Assembly (NCBI GenBank): GCA_964007735.1
Contig: CAXGAI010000011.1
Coordinates: forward strand, 62,001-126,000
From: an uncultured Rhodopirellula sp.
GTDB lineage: Bacteria; Planctomycetota; Planctomycetia; Pirellulales; Pirellulaceae
Length of the DNA: 64,000 nt
Direction: 5' to 3'
The notes beneath the pieces were generated by a model that had not been told where the DNA came from, did not search any database, and was given only the letters and a program-made list of their open reading frames with translations. This document shows, piece after piece, positions 50,066 to 58,854 of the stretch; the first letter of the stretch is position 1, and every line of letters starts with the position of its first letter. The translations under genes and the position numbers were made by a program.

Positions 50066-51184
50066 ATGCCTAAGCCAACTTCACACCGTCGCGAATTCCT
50101 CAAAGGCAAGGCGCTGCAAAAGTCCCTTACAGACAAAGCCTTTGCACACCAACCAACACGAACAGCTGCCAACCCTATCGCTCCCGATAACTCCCCGTCC
50201 TACCTCCTTCACATAGCACGAAAGGCAATGGCATGTGATTTCCAGATCTTCCTCAATGCAGGTGAACAACAAAACGCCACCGAAGCAGCTGTCGAAGCGT
50301 TGGATGGCGTGGAGGAAGTTGAAAATATCCTTTCAATCCATCGCTCTCACACTAGCGCATCAAAGTTAAACCAAGATGGCGGGACAAAAGCAGTGCAAGT
50401 TGACCCCGTACTGTTAGAAATCCTCAAACAAGCCAAACAACTTTGGCGACAAACTGACGGTGCCTTCGATATTACTTCAACAGCACTTTCCAAGCTCTGG
50501 GGGTTCCATCAAAAAGAACATCAATTACCTACCCAAAAAGAGATCGAACAAACACTAACCCAAGTCGGCTCCGAACACCTCATCATTAACGAAGACGGCA
50601 GTGTTCAGTTTGCAAAACCTCAGCTTCAAATCAACCTTGGCAGTATCGGCAAAGGTTATGCACTTGACCGCTGTCACCAACACTTCGCTGCCCACGGTCT
50701 TACAAACTACCTGTTCCACGGAGGAATGAGCTCAGTACTAGCAAAAGGTCAACGCCTCAATCACAACTCACATGGCCTCGGGTGGCAAATCGGATTGAGG
50801 CATCCGCTAGTGCCAGAACAGTATCTGGCTCATCTTTGGCTTGACAACCTTGCTGCAGGTACATCCGGTGACGCGAATCAATTTTTCTACAACCAAGGAA
50901 AACGCTACGGCCATATCCTTGACCCTCGAACCGGACACCCCGTTGAAAAAGTACTGTCAGCAACAGCCTTCTGCTCAACGGCAGCCGAAGCCGATGCGTT
51001 AGCCACAGCTTTTTATGTCATGGGGCCTAAGCACACAGCCGAATATTGCCAGCAATATGATGCCGGCTTTCTTATTGTTGAACAGTGTCGGCAAAATCGT
51101 GCAACTCGCCTGCATATCAAAGGCATTGCCCAAAACCAAATTGAACTTATCGATCCAGCTGCCGAAGTCGTCTTTTACAACTAA
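50066..51184 (+). CDS. apbE: FAD:protein FMN transferase (ApbE family)
   Basis: TDGAFDIT, NLGSIGKGYALD, W.IGLRHP, GTSG, HILDPRTG and AEADALATAF. Confidence 0.93.
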   Translation: MPKPTSHRREFLKGKALQKSLTDKAFAHQPTRTAANPIAPDNSPSYLLHIARKAMACDFQIFLNAGEQQNATEAAVEALDGVEEVENILSIHRSHTSASKLNQDGGTKAVQVDPVLLEILKQAKQLWRQTDGAFDITSTALSKLWGFHQKEHQLPTQKEIEQTLTQVGSEHLIINEDGSVQFAKPQLQINLGSIGKGYALDRCHQHFAAHGLTNYLFHGGMSSVLAKGQRLNHNSHGLGWQIGLRHPLVPEQYLAHLWLDNLAAGTSGDANQFFYNQGKRYGHILDPRTGHPVEKVLSATAFCSTAAEADALATAFYVMGPKHTAEYCQQYDAGFLIVEQCRQNRATRLHIKGIAQNQIELIDPAAEVVFYN

Positions 51185-51210
51185 AGACCAAATGAATGAC
51201 AAAAGGTTTT

Positions 51211-52236
51211 TTAACGCAGCTGCAGTAAAACAGGCTTCCCTGCTGTCAAAGCCTCAATTGTCTGGGCTCCTCCCGCTTCACCTAAGAGCTGTTGAAGCCG
51301 TCGTTGGGAGCTTACCGCCAGTACCCGGTCATGTTTATCTGCGGCAAACACCTGCCACAACTGTGGATTCCATTTCATTGTTGCAATAACGGATTCTACA
51401 GAATCGCGTTCGACCACCTTGTACTTCTCAAAGATCAACTGAAGCCTCGTCCGCTGCTCAACAGACAATCCCGAATAGTCTACATTCTCAAGTACTCCAA
51501 CAAGCGGTCGACCAATTGACCGCAATTGACGATCCGCCTGCTGCCGAACCGCAAACGATTCATCATCCAGCAACGCAACCAGAGCACGAACATGAGACAC
51601 CTCGAGTTGCACTGGCGAAAGAGACAAGCGTTTTAACCCCGCCAACGCCTCGTTATAAAGCAGCGAAACATGAGTTCCTGGACAAAGACGGTCCAACATT
51701 TCCACTACATACTTCCGTTGCGATTCAGGTATCAACAATAATCCTAACCACAATCGAGTTGAGACATACTCGGCAATGCTACCTTCTTTCTCAATTTGAA
51801 TCCGAATGGGGCCTGTCGCCGACTGACGCAACTGTACGTTCACTCCGGCTATTTCCCGACGAACAAAGAAAACTCCTGCAATGTCGTACTCAAGCTGTAG
51901 AAGTTCCTGTGGCGTCTCCAACGCGTATTTAATACGGTATTTCCCAGGCAACGCTCTCACCATCAAATGCTCTTCAGCTTTCTCGCTGTCATGGTAAAGC
52001 GTTAACGATCTGCTTTGAGTCCGTCGAATATCCTGTGCCAAAATGCGACCGTCAAACACTCCAAACTTCAGCCATGAAGATTTGACAATAAATGGGGTTA
52101 AGACCTTATCGTTTTGTGCCCGGTTCTTCTGTACTTCCTGCCCAAGCAGGAACCCACCCGAACCCATGGATACACCAACCACACAAACTGAAATCTTTAC
52201 GGCACAACAGAACTGACAAAAAGCAGCATGCATCAC
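51211..52236 (-). CDS. Hypothetical exported protein with a HEAT-like segment
   Basis: Long ORF, hydrophobic leader and LVALLDDESFAVRQQADRQL...LSVEQRTRL. Confidence 0.65.
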   Translation of the reverse strand: MMHAAFCQFCCAVKISVCVVGVSMGSGGFLLGQEVQKNRAQNDKVLTPFIVKSSWLKFGVFDGRILAQDIRRTQSRSLTLYHDSEKAEEHLMVRALPGKYRIKYALETPQELLQLEYDIAGVFFVRREIAGVNVQLRQSATGPIRIQIEKEGSIAEYVSTRLWLGLLLIPESQRKYVVEMLDRLCPGTHVSLLYNEALAGLKRLSLSPVQLEVSHVRALVALLDDESFAVRQQADRQLRSIGRPLVGVLENVDYSGLSVEQRTRLQLIFEKYKVVERDSVESVIATMKWNPQLWQVFAADKHDRVLAVSSQRRLQQLLGEAGGAQTIEALTAGKPVLLQLR

Positions 52237-52304
52237 AAAACTCCATACCGGAACTTCCCCCCGGTTAAGAATAGCAATACTCAGAAAATCAAAGACGCGT
52301 GCAC

Positions 52305-52346
52305 AAAAAAAGGACTCTGAGCATACGAAGTGTAAGCCAAGAGCCC
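52305..52346 (-). terminator. Intrinsic terminator after the His-rich gene
   Basis: Minus strand GGGCTCT...AGAGTCC stem (one G-U pair) followed by T7. Confidence 0.65.
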
Positions 52347-52382
52347 AGTTAAATGAATATCAATTAGACCGTAACTGTCCGG

Positions 52383-53537
52383 CTATTGATCGCGTTGCTC
52401 CAAGAAATGCTTCACGCGTTCTAATTCCTGATGAAGACGGTGCAAATGTTCTTCCAATTCAAGGACATGACGCACCACATCCTCTCGACTAATGTCCTCG
52501 CGATCATGCTGGCCCTCGTGGTGCCTCTGATCATGCTGGCCATCGTGGTGCCTCTGATCATGATTGCCCTGGTGGATCTTCTCAGCAGTTTCAGCTGCGA
52601 GATGAGCTAATTCTCCGAAGCCTCCAGCCCGAAGATGCTCAATCGCAATATGAAGGTGTTCCAAACGCTCATCTATACCATCATGGTGCTCACGATCACC
52701 CTCACCTTCGTGATGTTCATCCCGATCCTGCCTGTGCTCTAGCTCATGTCGTTCGGCGTCATCTTCATGATCATGAGATCGGTCTTCCTCTCCTAAAATC
52801 TCTTCAACTTCACGCAACTTCCAAAACAAATTCTCCTGATGCTGAGCAAGTTCTTCTACAGCACTTTCGTCACCTGCCTCTTGAGCTTCTCGTAAACGGC
52901 CTTCATTCTGTTTCAGCTGTTGAATCAACACCTCGTGAAAATACTCAAGTTTTCGGCGATCTTCTTCGTTGTCATGACGCCCAAAATCATGTTCTTCAGG
53001 ATGCTCATGACGCTCGCGGCCATTTAACTCCTGTTCAACATCCTTTAGCTTTCCAAGTATTTCATCAAAGTGCCGCTTCAATTCACGAACTTCTTCTTCG
53101 TTTCCTTCATTGGATGCAGCTTCGATATGCTTCTCAAGCTCCCCAAGTTCATGTCGCAATGCGTTACGATGCTCGTCAAGCTCTGATCGTTTTTCTCCAT
53201 CACGATGATGCTCACGCTCTTCACCTTGAAGCTCTTGTTCTACGTGAAGAAGCTCTTCATGCAACTCTTCCAGAAACTGCCGCAGTTCTCGGATTTGGCC
53301 TTCCTTGCCGGCCTCGCGTGCCTTATCAAACTGATCCTGTACACGGTTAATCTCAGCACGGATTTCCCTGGCATGACCAGCCAATTCTTCAAGATGCTCA
53401 GCTTCCTGGCGAGACGCTTCGCGACGCTCTTGTTGGTCAGAAGGTGGATTCTCTACCTTATCCTGAGCGGAACTGATTCCCACCGTAAAACCAGTAAACA
53501 TTAACCCGCAAAAGGTAAGCGCGATAAATCGCTTCAT
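52383..53537 (-). CDS. Exported His/Glu-rich helical repeat protein
   Basis: Signal peptide ..ISSA|Q; about 41 His in 384 aa by manual count; three internal helical-hairpin repeats. Confidence 0.8.
   Translation of the reverse strand: MKRFIALTFCGLMFTGFTVGISSAQDKVENPPSDQQERREASRQEAEHLEELAGHAREIRAEINRVQDQFDKAREAGKEGQIRELRQFLEELHEELLHVEQELQGEEREHHRDGEKRSELDEHRNALRHELGELEKHIEAASNEGNEEEVRELKRHFDEILGKLKDVEQELNGRERHEHPEEHDFGRHDNEEDRRKLEYFHEVLIQQLKQNEGRLREAQEAGDESAVEELAQHQENLFWKLREVEEILGEEDRSHDHEDDAERHELEHRQDRDEHHEGEGDREHHDGIDERLEHLHIAIEHLRAGGFGELAHLAAETAEKIHQGNHDQRHHDGQHDQRHHEGQHDREDISREDVVRHVLELEEHLHRLHQELERVKHFLEQRDQ
52502..52562. repeat. 27-bp tandem repeat (2.3 copies) encoding HDQRHH(D/E)GQ
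   Basis: GATCATGCTGGCC(C/A)TCGTGGTGCCTCT x2 plus GATCATG. Confidence 0.92.
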
Positions 53538-53622
53538 GACTTTCGTCCTTTAAATATAGTTCTTTATGCAGCTACTATAAGGTGAGCATATACGTAAGAT
53601 AGGAAAGTTGCAACGACTAGTA

Positions 53623-55335
53623 TTAATCCCACCACCAAGTATTACCTGGCAAATCAATTCCTCGATTTCCCTGATACTCGGCATTTAAAATGCCATAGTC
53701 GTCTTGTTTGAGATTCTTTTGGTTGACAACGGGAAGAGGATCAACAATAACGCCACCAGAAACTGCCGCTAAAACCACCCGATCCGTGGTAATACGATAA
53801 CTAACAACAGACTTCACCGAATTAACTGCCTGAGCTCGAACAGGCTGATAACCATAAGACTGCGTATAAAATTCCGGGTTCCAATCCACCTTGCGGTCAA
53901 GTTCGTGAGACTTAATCAACATTGAAATAACGGCCAAGTCGAACACGTTGCGTAATTCCTGATATACCGGGTAGCGTTCCGCCAGCATTTCAAAATTACT
54001 AGTAAACTCTGAGGCAAATTGTTGAGTCAGGGGATCTGACTTTCCCGTCTGTTGTCGATTACCAAGTTGATCGACGATTTCGTTTTCACTGAGTACTTTG
54101 ACAGCTGGCCCAACCACCTCAAAAGCCAAGCCATCCTTAGAGGCATGAAGCGCCTGATAATTCGTGGTAAACCACCAACGCAACATATTTACGCCCTGGG
54201 TTGGTTCGTCGGACTGCACCAAATTATCGAGATAACTATTCATACCTGGAACACCCGGAACCTCGCCGAGGCCGACGAGTTTCATGTGGTGATCAGCCTC
54301 GACCAAAATCTGGGCCAAATGGGTCTGATTATCCGTACCGAACACCTCAACGTCCTGTCGCCCAACGGATTGCCGCAAACCTTGAATCCACGCATCCGTA
54401 TTTTGAGGCGTCAACGGTTTACCGTTATGACTTGCAAGATACTGCTTCGCCTTCAATAAATTGGCGGTACGAGGCGTAATGGAACATCCAAACGTCGGAT
54501 TTGCAGAATAGGCATTTCGCATCAATTCCACCAAGTAATCCAACTTCAAAACGGGTTTACCGTTGTTTGTATTCACTAGGCGTCCATTGCCATTCTCTTT
54601 CCATGGCCCGGCCGGCCCCGCAATGACAATATCTCTTTGATCTGGATAAACAAGAACGTATTGAATCTTATAGATACCTGCCAAATTCCGCATTACCTGG
54701 TCCGCACGCTCATTCCGCAACTGCAACAACTGCAACTGCCGCTGTAGCCGAACCAGAGAAACTTTTCTCATCGATGAAGTCTCTCGGACATCCTGCCCTT
54801 TGTCACTGAACATCCCGTCAAACTGCTCTCTACGGATGCCCTGCAACTCAGAGTCCCGACGAGAGTCCAGCCGAACCATCAAACCATCACGATCAACATA
54901 AATACCGCCCGGAAAAGGAGTGATCGTTCCTGCTCCCCCAAGATCATCCCAACTATCAGGAGCGACCGTCGCTTTAATCAAATCAATCAGAGTATCAAAG
55001 TCTGCCATTGCAGCCCCACCCTGACTACCGGAAGGCATTGGTCTGGTCTCGGCTTGCCCCGTGGAACGAATCAAGCTTCCGTCGGCAAAATCCTGCAGCG
55101 AGGCAAGCGATTCCAACGCACCGGCTTGAACGCCAGAGGCTGCCTGATGGCGCGCGATTTGAATCATTTGTTGCTGACGTAATACCATGTCTTGATTAGC
55201 ACGCGCACGACCCAATGCTTGAACGTATTCCCCGGAACGTAATAGCTGACGAAACTCATCCGCTTCAACCTCAAAAGAACCATTCGACGCTAAGAAAACG
55301 AGGCTCAATACCGCAGCAAATGTTTTGTTAACCAT
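53623..55335 (-). CDS. DUF1598 family exported protein
   Basis: RKVSL.RL, LAGI..IQYV.VYP...DIVIAGPA, FGCSITP, ILVEADHHMK, RWWF, VY.ELRN.FD and terminal WWWD. Confidence 0.78.
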   Translation of the reverse strand: MVNKTFAAVLSLVFLASNGSFEVEADEFRQLLRSGEYVQALGRARANQDMVLRQQQMIQIARHQAASGVQAGALESLASLQDFADGSLIRSTGQAETRPMPSGSQGGAAMADFDTLIDLIKATVAPDSWDDLGGAGTITPFPGGIYVDRDGLMVRLDSRRDSELQGIRREQFDGMFSDKGQDVRETSSMRKVSLVRLQRQLQLLQLRNERADQVMRNLAGIYKIQYVLVYPDQRDIVIAGPAGPWKENGNGRLVNTNNGKPVLKLDYLVELMRNAYSANPTFGCSITPRTANLLKAKQYLASHNGKPLTPQNTDAWIQGLRQSVGRQDVEVFGTDNQTHLAQILVEADHHMKLVGLGEVPGVPGMNSYLDNLVQSDEPTQGVNMLRWWFTTNYQALHASKDGLAFEVVGPAVKVLSENEIVDQLGNRQQTGKSDPLTQQFASEFTSNFEMLAERYPVYQELRNVFDLAVISMLIKSHELDRKVDWNPEFYTQSYGYQPVRAQAVNSVKSVVSYRITTDRVVLAAVSGGVIVDPLPVVNQKNLKQDDYGILNAEYQGNRGIDLPGNTWWWD

Positions 55336-55617
55336 TCAAATCCATCCCAGACTTTCCCAATCATTCAAGCCCACTTATTATAGGCCGCTTACACTAGTAA
55401 ATAGTCGATTTCTTTCGACTATTCACGGGTAAACTCTTACCCATTACCGTAAAATTCTTGGTCGGCATTCTGAGTTTAGCTTCCAACACTTCGGCTCCAT
55501 CAAAATCACCTGGGAACACTCCACCGAGCCTGGCCTTGGTCCCTAGGAAATCCAAGATTCGCAGGCTAAGATCAATGCTCCATCAAATCTCCCCCTAAAT
55601 GTACGGAAAGTCGTAAT

Positions 55618-56814
55618 ATGAGCGTCGATCTCCACTATGGAGCATCCCATTCGCTAACAATCGATTGCACCACTGAGCAGGTGTTAACATCAGCAAGCCT
55701 CAATGTCGAACCGATTATTGGAACGCTAAAAGATGCAGTGTACAGTAGTCTGGAGCAATCTATTCACTTTCCCGCATTCCGGGAAATTGTATTTCCCGAG
55801 GACACTTTAGCAATCGCTGTGGGCGAATCTATACCACGCACCGCCGAAATCCTCGCCACGATCATCGAATACATACAGACCTACACTGAGGTCGCTCTCG
55901 AAGACATCACTATTGTCTTCGCTAATGAATCGACTGCGAGTGTCGAAGCTCAATTAAAACACCTTCTTGATGAATTCGTCTATAGCACCCTGACTTTTGA
56001 AGTCCACAACCCAGATATTCCGGAAGAACTGGCTTATCTGACTGCCACCGAAGAAGGGGAGCCTATTCGTCTAAATAAGACGCTTGTTGATTCCGATGTT
56101 GTCTTCCCAATTTGTTCGAATCTTCCCGATTCGATTTTCGGTTATGCCGGATTTTTTCATGACCTATTCCCCCTATATACGGAAACAGAAACAATCCTGA
56201 GATTTCGCTCATACCAAAATGCTGCTTCTTTAAAACGTGATTCCATGGAAGCAGCCAACATGCTTGGAGTTCAATACGTCATGAAAGTGACTCCTGCTAA
56301 TGGGGACGAAATTCACAACATCACAGCCGGAGATATTTTCACGCTACAGAATTCAGTGCCCGCAATCGCCGATGCGATCTGGGGGCATTCGCTTTCTGAA
56401 AGCGACCTCAGTATTGGAACACTTTCTGGACCTTACCAACATCAAACATGGGATAATCTGGCAAGAGCGCTTAACACGCTTGCAAAGTCAACAGCTTCAA
56501 CTGGCGCGATTGTCATTTGCAGCGAGCTTTCAGGACCATTGCCAGCCCCTTTGAGGCTCTTAGCTAGTAATGACGCGCATCAAAAGCTTTCTGAGCAACT
56601 CAAACAACAGCCTGATATAGACATCCAAGCTGCTCAGGAGATTCTGCGTCTAAGGGATGAATATCACATCTACCTGTTGAGCAATTTGTCCGGTGACGAT
56701 GTCGAATCAATAGGCCTGGCGAATATTGAATCTCCATCACAGATCAATAACCTCGTTACTGCCGCAAAGAAGGTCAATTGTCTGCTAGATGCTCATCGCA
56801 TTGCCATCAAATAA
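55618..56814 (+). CDS. Lactate racemase (LarA/DUF2088)-fold protein, degenerate
   Basis: L.YG N-terminus, SLEQSIHFP, FEVHNPD...LAYL, GEPIRLNKTLVDSDVV and GAIVICSE. Confidence 0.65.
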   Translation: MSVDLHYGASHSLTIDCTTEQVLTSASLNVEPIIGTLKDAVYSSLEQSIHFPAFREIVFPEDTLAIAVGESIPRTAEILATIIEYIQTYTEVALEDITIVFANESTASVEAQLKHLLDEFVYSTLTFEVHNPDIPEELAYLTATEEGEPIRLNKTLVDSDVVFPICSNLPDSIFGYAGFFHDLFPLYTETETILRFRSYQNAASLKRDSMEAANMLGVQYVMKVTPANGDEIHNITAGDIFTLQNSVPAIADAIWGHSLSESDLSIGTLSGPYQHQTWDNLARALNTLAKSTASTGAIVICSELSGPLPAPLRLLASNDAHQKLSEQLKQQPDIDIQAAQEILRLRDEYHIYLLSNLSGDDVESIGLANIESPSQINNLVTAAKKVNCLLDAHRIAIK

Positions 56815-56849
56815 GATTGAAACGCTAGCCAGCTTCATATGGGGAACTC

Positions 56850-57692
56850 ATGATGTCCGTGAAATTTGACTCACCTTCGGTGTGGACCGCTTCAAACATT
56901 GCACTCATCACCATGCGTGGGAAAGACCGCATTAGCTTTCTCCATAACTTTTGCACCAACGACATCAAGAAACTAGTCGACAATGCAGTGGTCGAAGCAT
57001 ACATCACTAGCATTCAGGGAAAGTGCCTAGGATACGTTTCCGTATTTCAAGCGTCTGATGAATTACTCCTGATCACTAATGACTATAAGACCGAAGAGCT
57101 TGCAGCACATTTGGATCGATACATTATTACAGAAGATGTCGAAATCACTCTCAATCAAAAACCGAATTGTTTACTATTCACCGGTGAAGGAATCGAACAG
57201 TGGCTACAGCAGGAGCAACCACAAGGCACTCTTGTCGCCAATCATTGGTTCAATCAGTCTTCTTATTGGTTCTTTGGAGAATTATCCACCGCCCAGCAGA
57301 ACGATCTGCAGAGTCTGACCGACGAACAGATACATGCCGTACGCATCCATGCCGGAACACCAATCTACGGTGACGACGTGACGGAAGAAAATCTAGCTCA
57401 GGAAGTGAACCGAAACCAACAAGCCATTAGCTTTACCAAAGGATGTTATTTAGGTCAGGAACCAATCGCGAGAATTGATGCCTTAGGTAACGTTCATTGG
57501 TATTTAGTTAAAGTTGATCTGGGAATCATCGAGGCTCAACCGTGTGACATTCTAACAAGAGAAAGTAAGCCGATCGCCAAGATTCGCTCTAAGTCCTCTC
57601 TAACAAACGAGGCATTAGCCTATGTCAAGAGAGGCTCTCATGAATCTGGCTCCAAGGTTTCGGCAGATCAGGGTGAATTTAAGGTTTTCTAA
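56850..57692 (+). CDS. ygfZ: YgfZ/GcvT-family folate-binding Fe-S cluster repair protein
   Basis: GKDRISFLHNFCTNDI, LDRYII.EDV and the signature ISFTKGCYLGQE. Confidence 0.9.
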   Translation: MMSVKFDSPSVWTASNIALITMRGKDRISFLHNFCTNDIKKLVDNAVVEAYITSIQGKCLGYVSVFQASDELLLITNDYKTEELAAHLDRYIITEDVEITLNQKPNCLLFTGEGIEQWLQQEQPQGTLVANHWFNQSSYWFFGELSTAQQNDLQSLTDEQIHAVRIHAGTPIYGDDVTEENLAQEVNRNQQAISFTKGCYLGQEPIARIDALGNVHWYLVKVDLGIIEAQPCDILTRESKPIAKIRSKSSLTNEALAYVKRGSHESGSKVSADQGEFKVF

Positions 57693-57705
57693 AATGAGGT
57701 GCTGA

Positions 57706-58212
57706 TTATCCCGCAACGTTGGGGGCATCGGCAATTTGGATTTCGCGTGTGTGCTGCTCAAGCCAGTCGGCAACTCGCTGCAGCAACTCTTCAGCTGATC
57801 CGGCTTCAACAACAGCACCTAAAATGCTCCATCGCCCTCCTTTAATCTCCTTGAAAAGAAGAAGTAAGGCATGTTTCATCTCTTGGAGGAAGACTGCTGT
57901 TTGCTGGTCACTGTAGTCTCTACTCAAGAGCACCAATTGTTCACCTTCACGGATGCGGGTTAACTGGATGATTTTCCCTTCAACTGCTTTCAGCATCGCC
58001 CCCTGACAATAGCCGCGTCTAAATTCATGCCGAGTATTGAATTGGTAAACAGGTTCAGCCCCAAAGAAAAATGAAATCGCTCCGTCACGACGAAAACCAA
58101 CAAACACAGACTCCTTTGACACCGCGTCCCGAGAAAACTTTATTTCGATACGATTCACTAAAGCCGTCGCTTCGCGCAAAATATCTTCCTTATCTTGCTG
58201 CTGTTTTGCCAC
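57706..58212 (-). CDS. Conserved-looking hypothetical protein
   Basis: DKEDILREATALVNRIE...VFVGFRRDG..S.FFG.EPVYQFN. GTG 58212 is preceded by AGGAG (ORF track 58236). Confidence 0.7.
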   Translation of the reverse strand: MAKQQQDKEDILREATALVNRIEIKFSRDAVSKESVFVGFRRDGAISFFFGAEPVYQFNTRHEFRRGYCQGAMLKAVEGKIIQLTRIREGEQLVLLSRDYSDQQTAVFLQEMKHALLLLFKEIKGGRWSILGAVVEAGSAEELLQRVADWLEQHTREIQIADAPNVAG

Positions 58213-58323
58213 TTCCCATCTCCTACGTACTCCCACCTATCCTAGTAAACACAAATGTTAGATAAGATATACCTTTATTAATAGATTCTACAAATCTGAA
58301 CTCACCATTCTACAATCTGCTTT

Positions 58324-58854
58324 ATGTCTGACCACGAAACCCACCTGTTATCTACTTCTCGATTTGATGTCGTTGAAGTTCCAGCAGACCCGGCTAATCC
58401 TGACGGCAAAAAACGTCAAATCTTACGACACCCTGGGGCTGTCACGATTCTGCCGCTAGTTGACGACGACCATATCTGTCTGATCCGAAATTATCGAGTC
58501 TCTGTCGGCAAGGAATTACTAGAGTTACCAGCGGGCACCCTCGAACCCAATGAACCTCATGCTGTCACAGCGAAGCGGGAACTCATCGAAGAAACTGGGT
58601 ACCGTGCGAAAAAACTAACGCACCTGCACAGTTTTTACCTTTCACCTGGCATACTCGATGAGAACATGCATTTGTATATTGCTTCCGGTTTGACGCAAGG
58701 CGAAGCTGCCCGTGAAGAAGGGGAATTGATAACCAACTGCGTTGTCTCCTGGAAAGAGACACTGCAACTAATAAAAGACTGTAAAATCTGCGATGCCAAG
58801 TCCATTGCCGGTATCCTGATGTATGATCAGCTCAAACGATCCGGAGAAATATAA
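58324..58854 (+). CDS. NUDIX hydrolase (ADP-ribose pyrophosphatase-like)
   Basis: HPGAV, ELPAGTLEPNE....TAKRELIEETGY Nudix box, SPG..DE and DAKS. Confidence 0.92.
   Translation: MSDHETHLLSTSRFDVVEVPADPANPDGKKRQILRHPGAVTILPLVDDDHICLIRNYRVSVGKELLELPAGTLEPNEPHAVTAKRELIEETGYRAKKLTHLHSFYLSPGILDENMHLYIASGLTQGEAAREEGELITNCVVSWKETLQLIKDCKICDAKSIAGILMYDQLKRSGEI

Noticed and set aside
50047..55409. Identical 13-mer ATCGACTATTTAC upstream of apbE (50047-50059, +) and of the DUF1598 gene (55397-55409, -)
   Set aside because: A single 13-bp match among several kb of AT-rich intergenic DNA is plausible by chance, and the distances to the start codons differ greatly.
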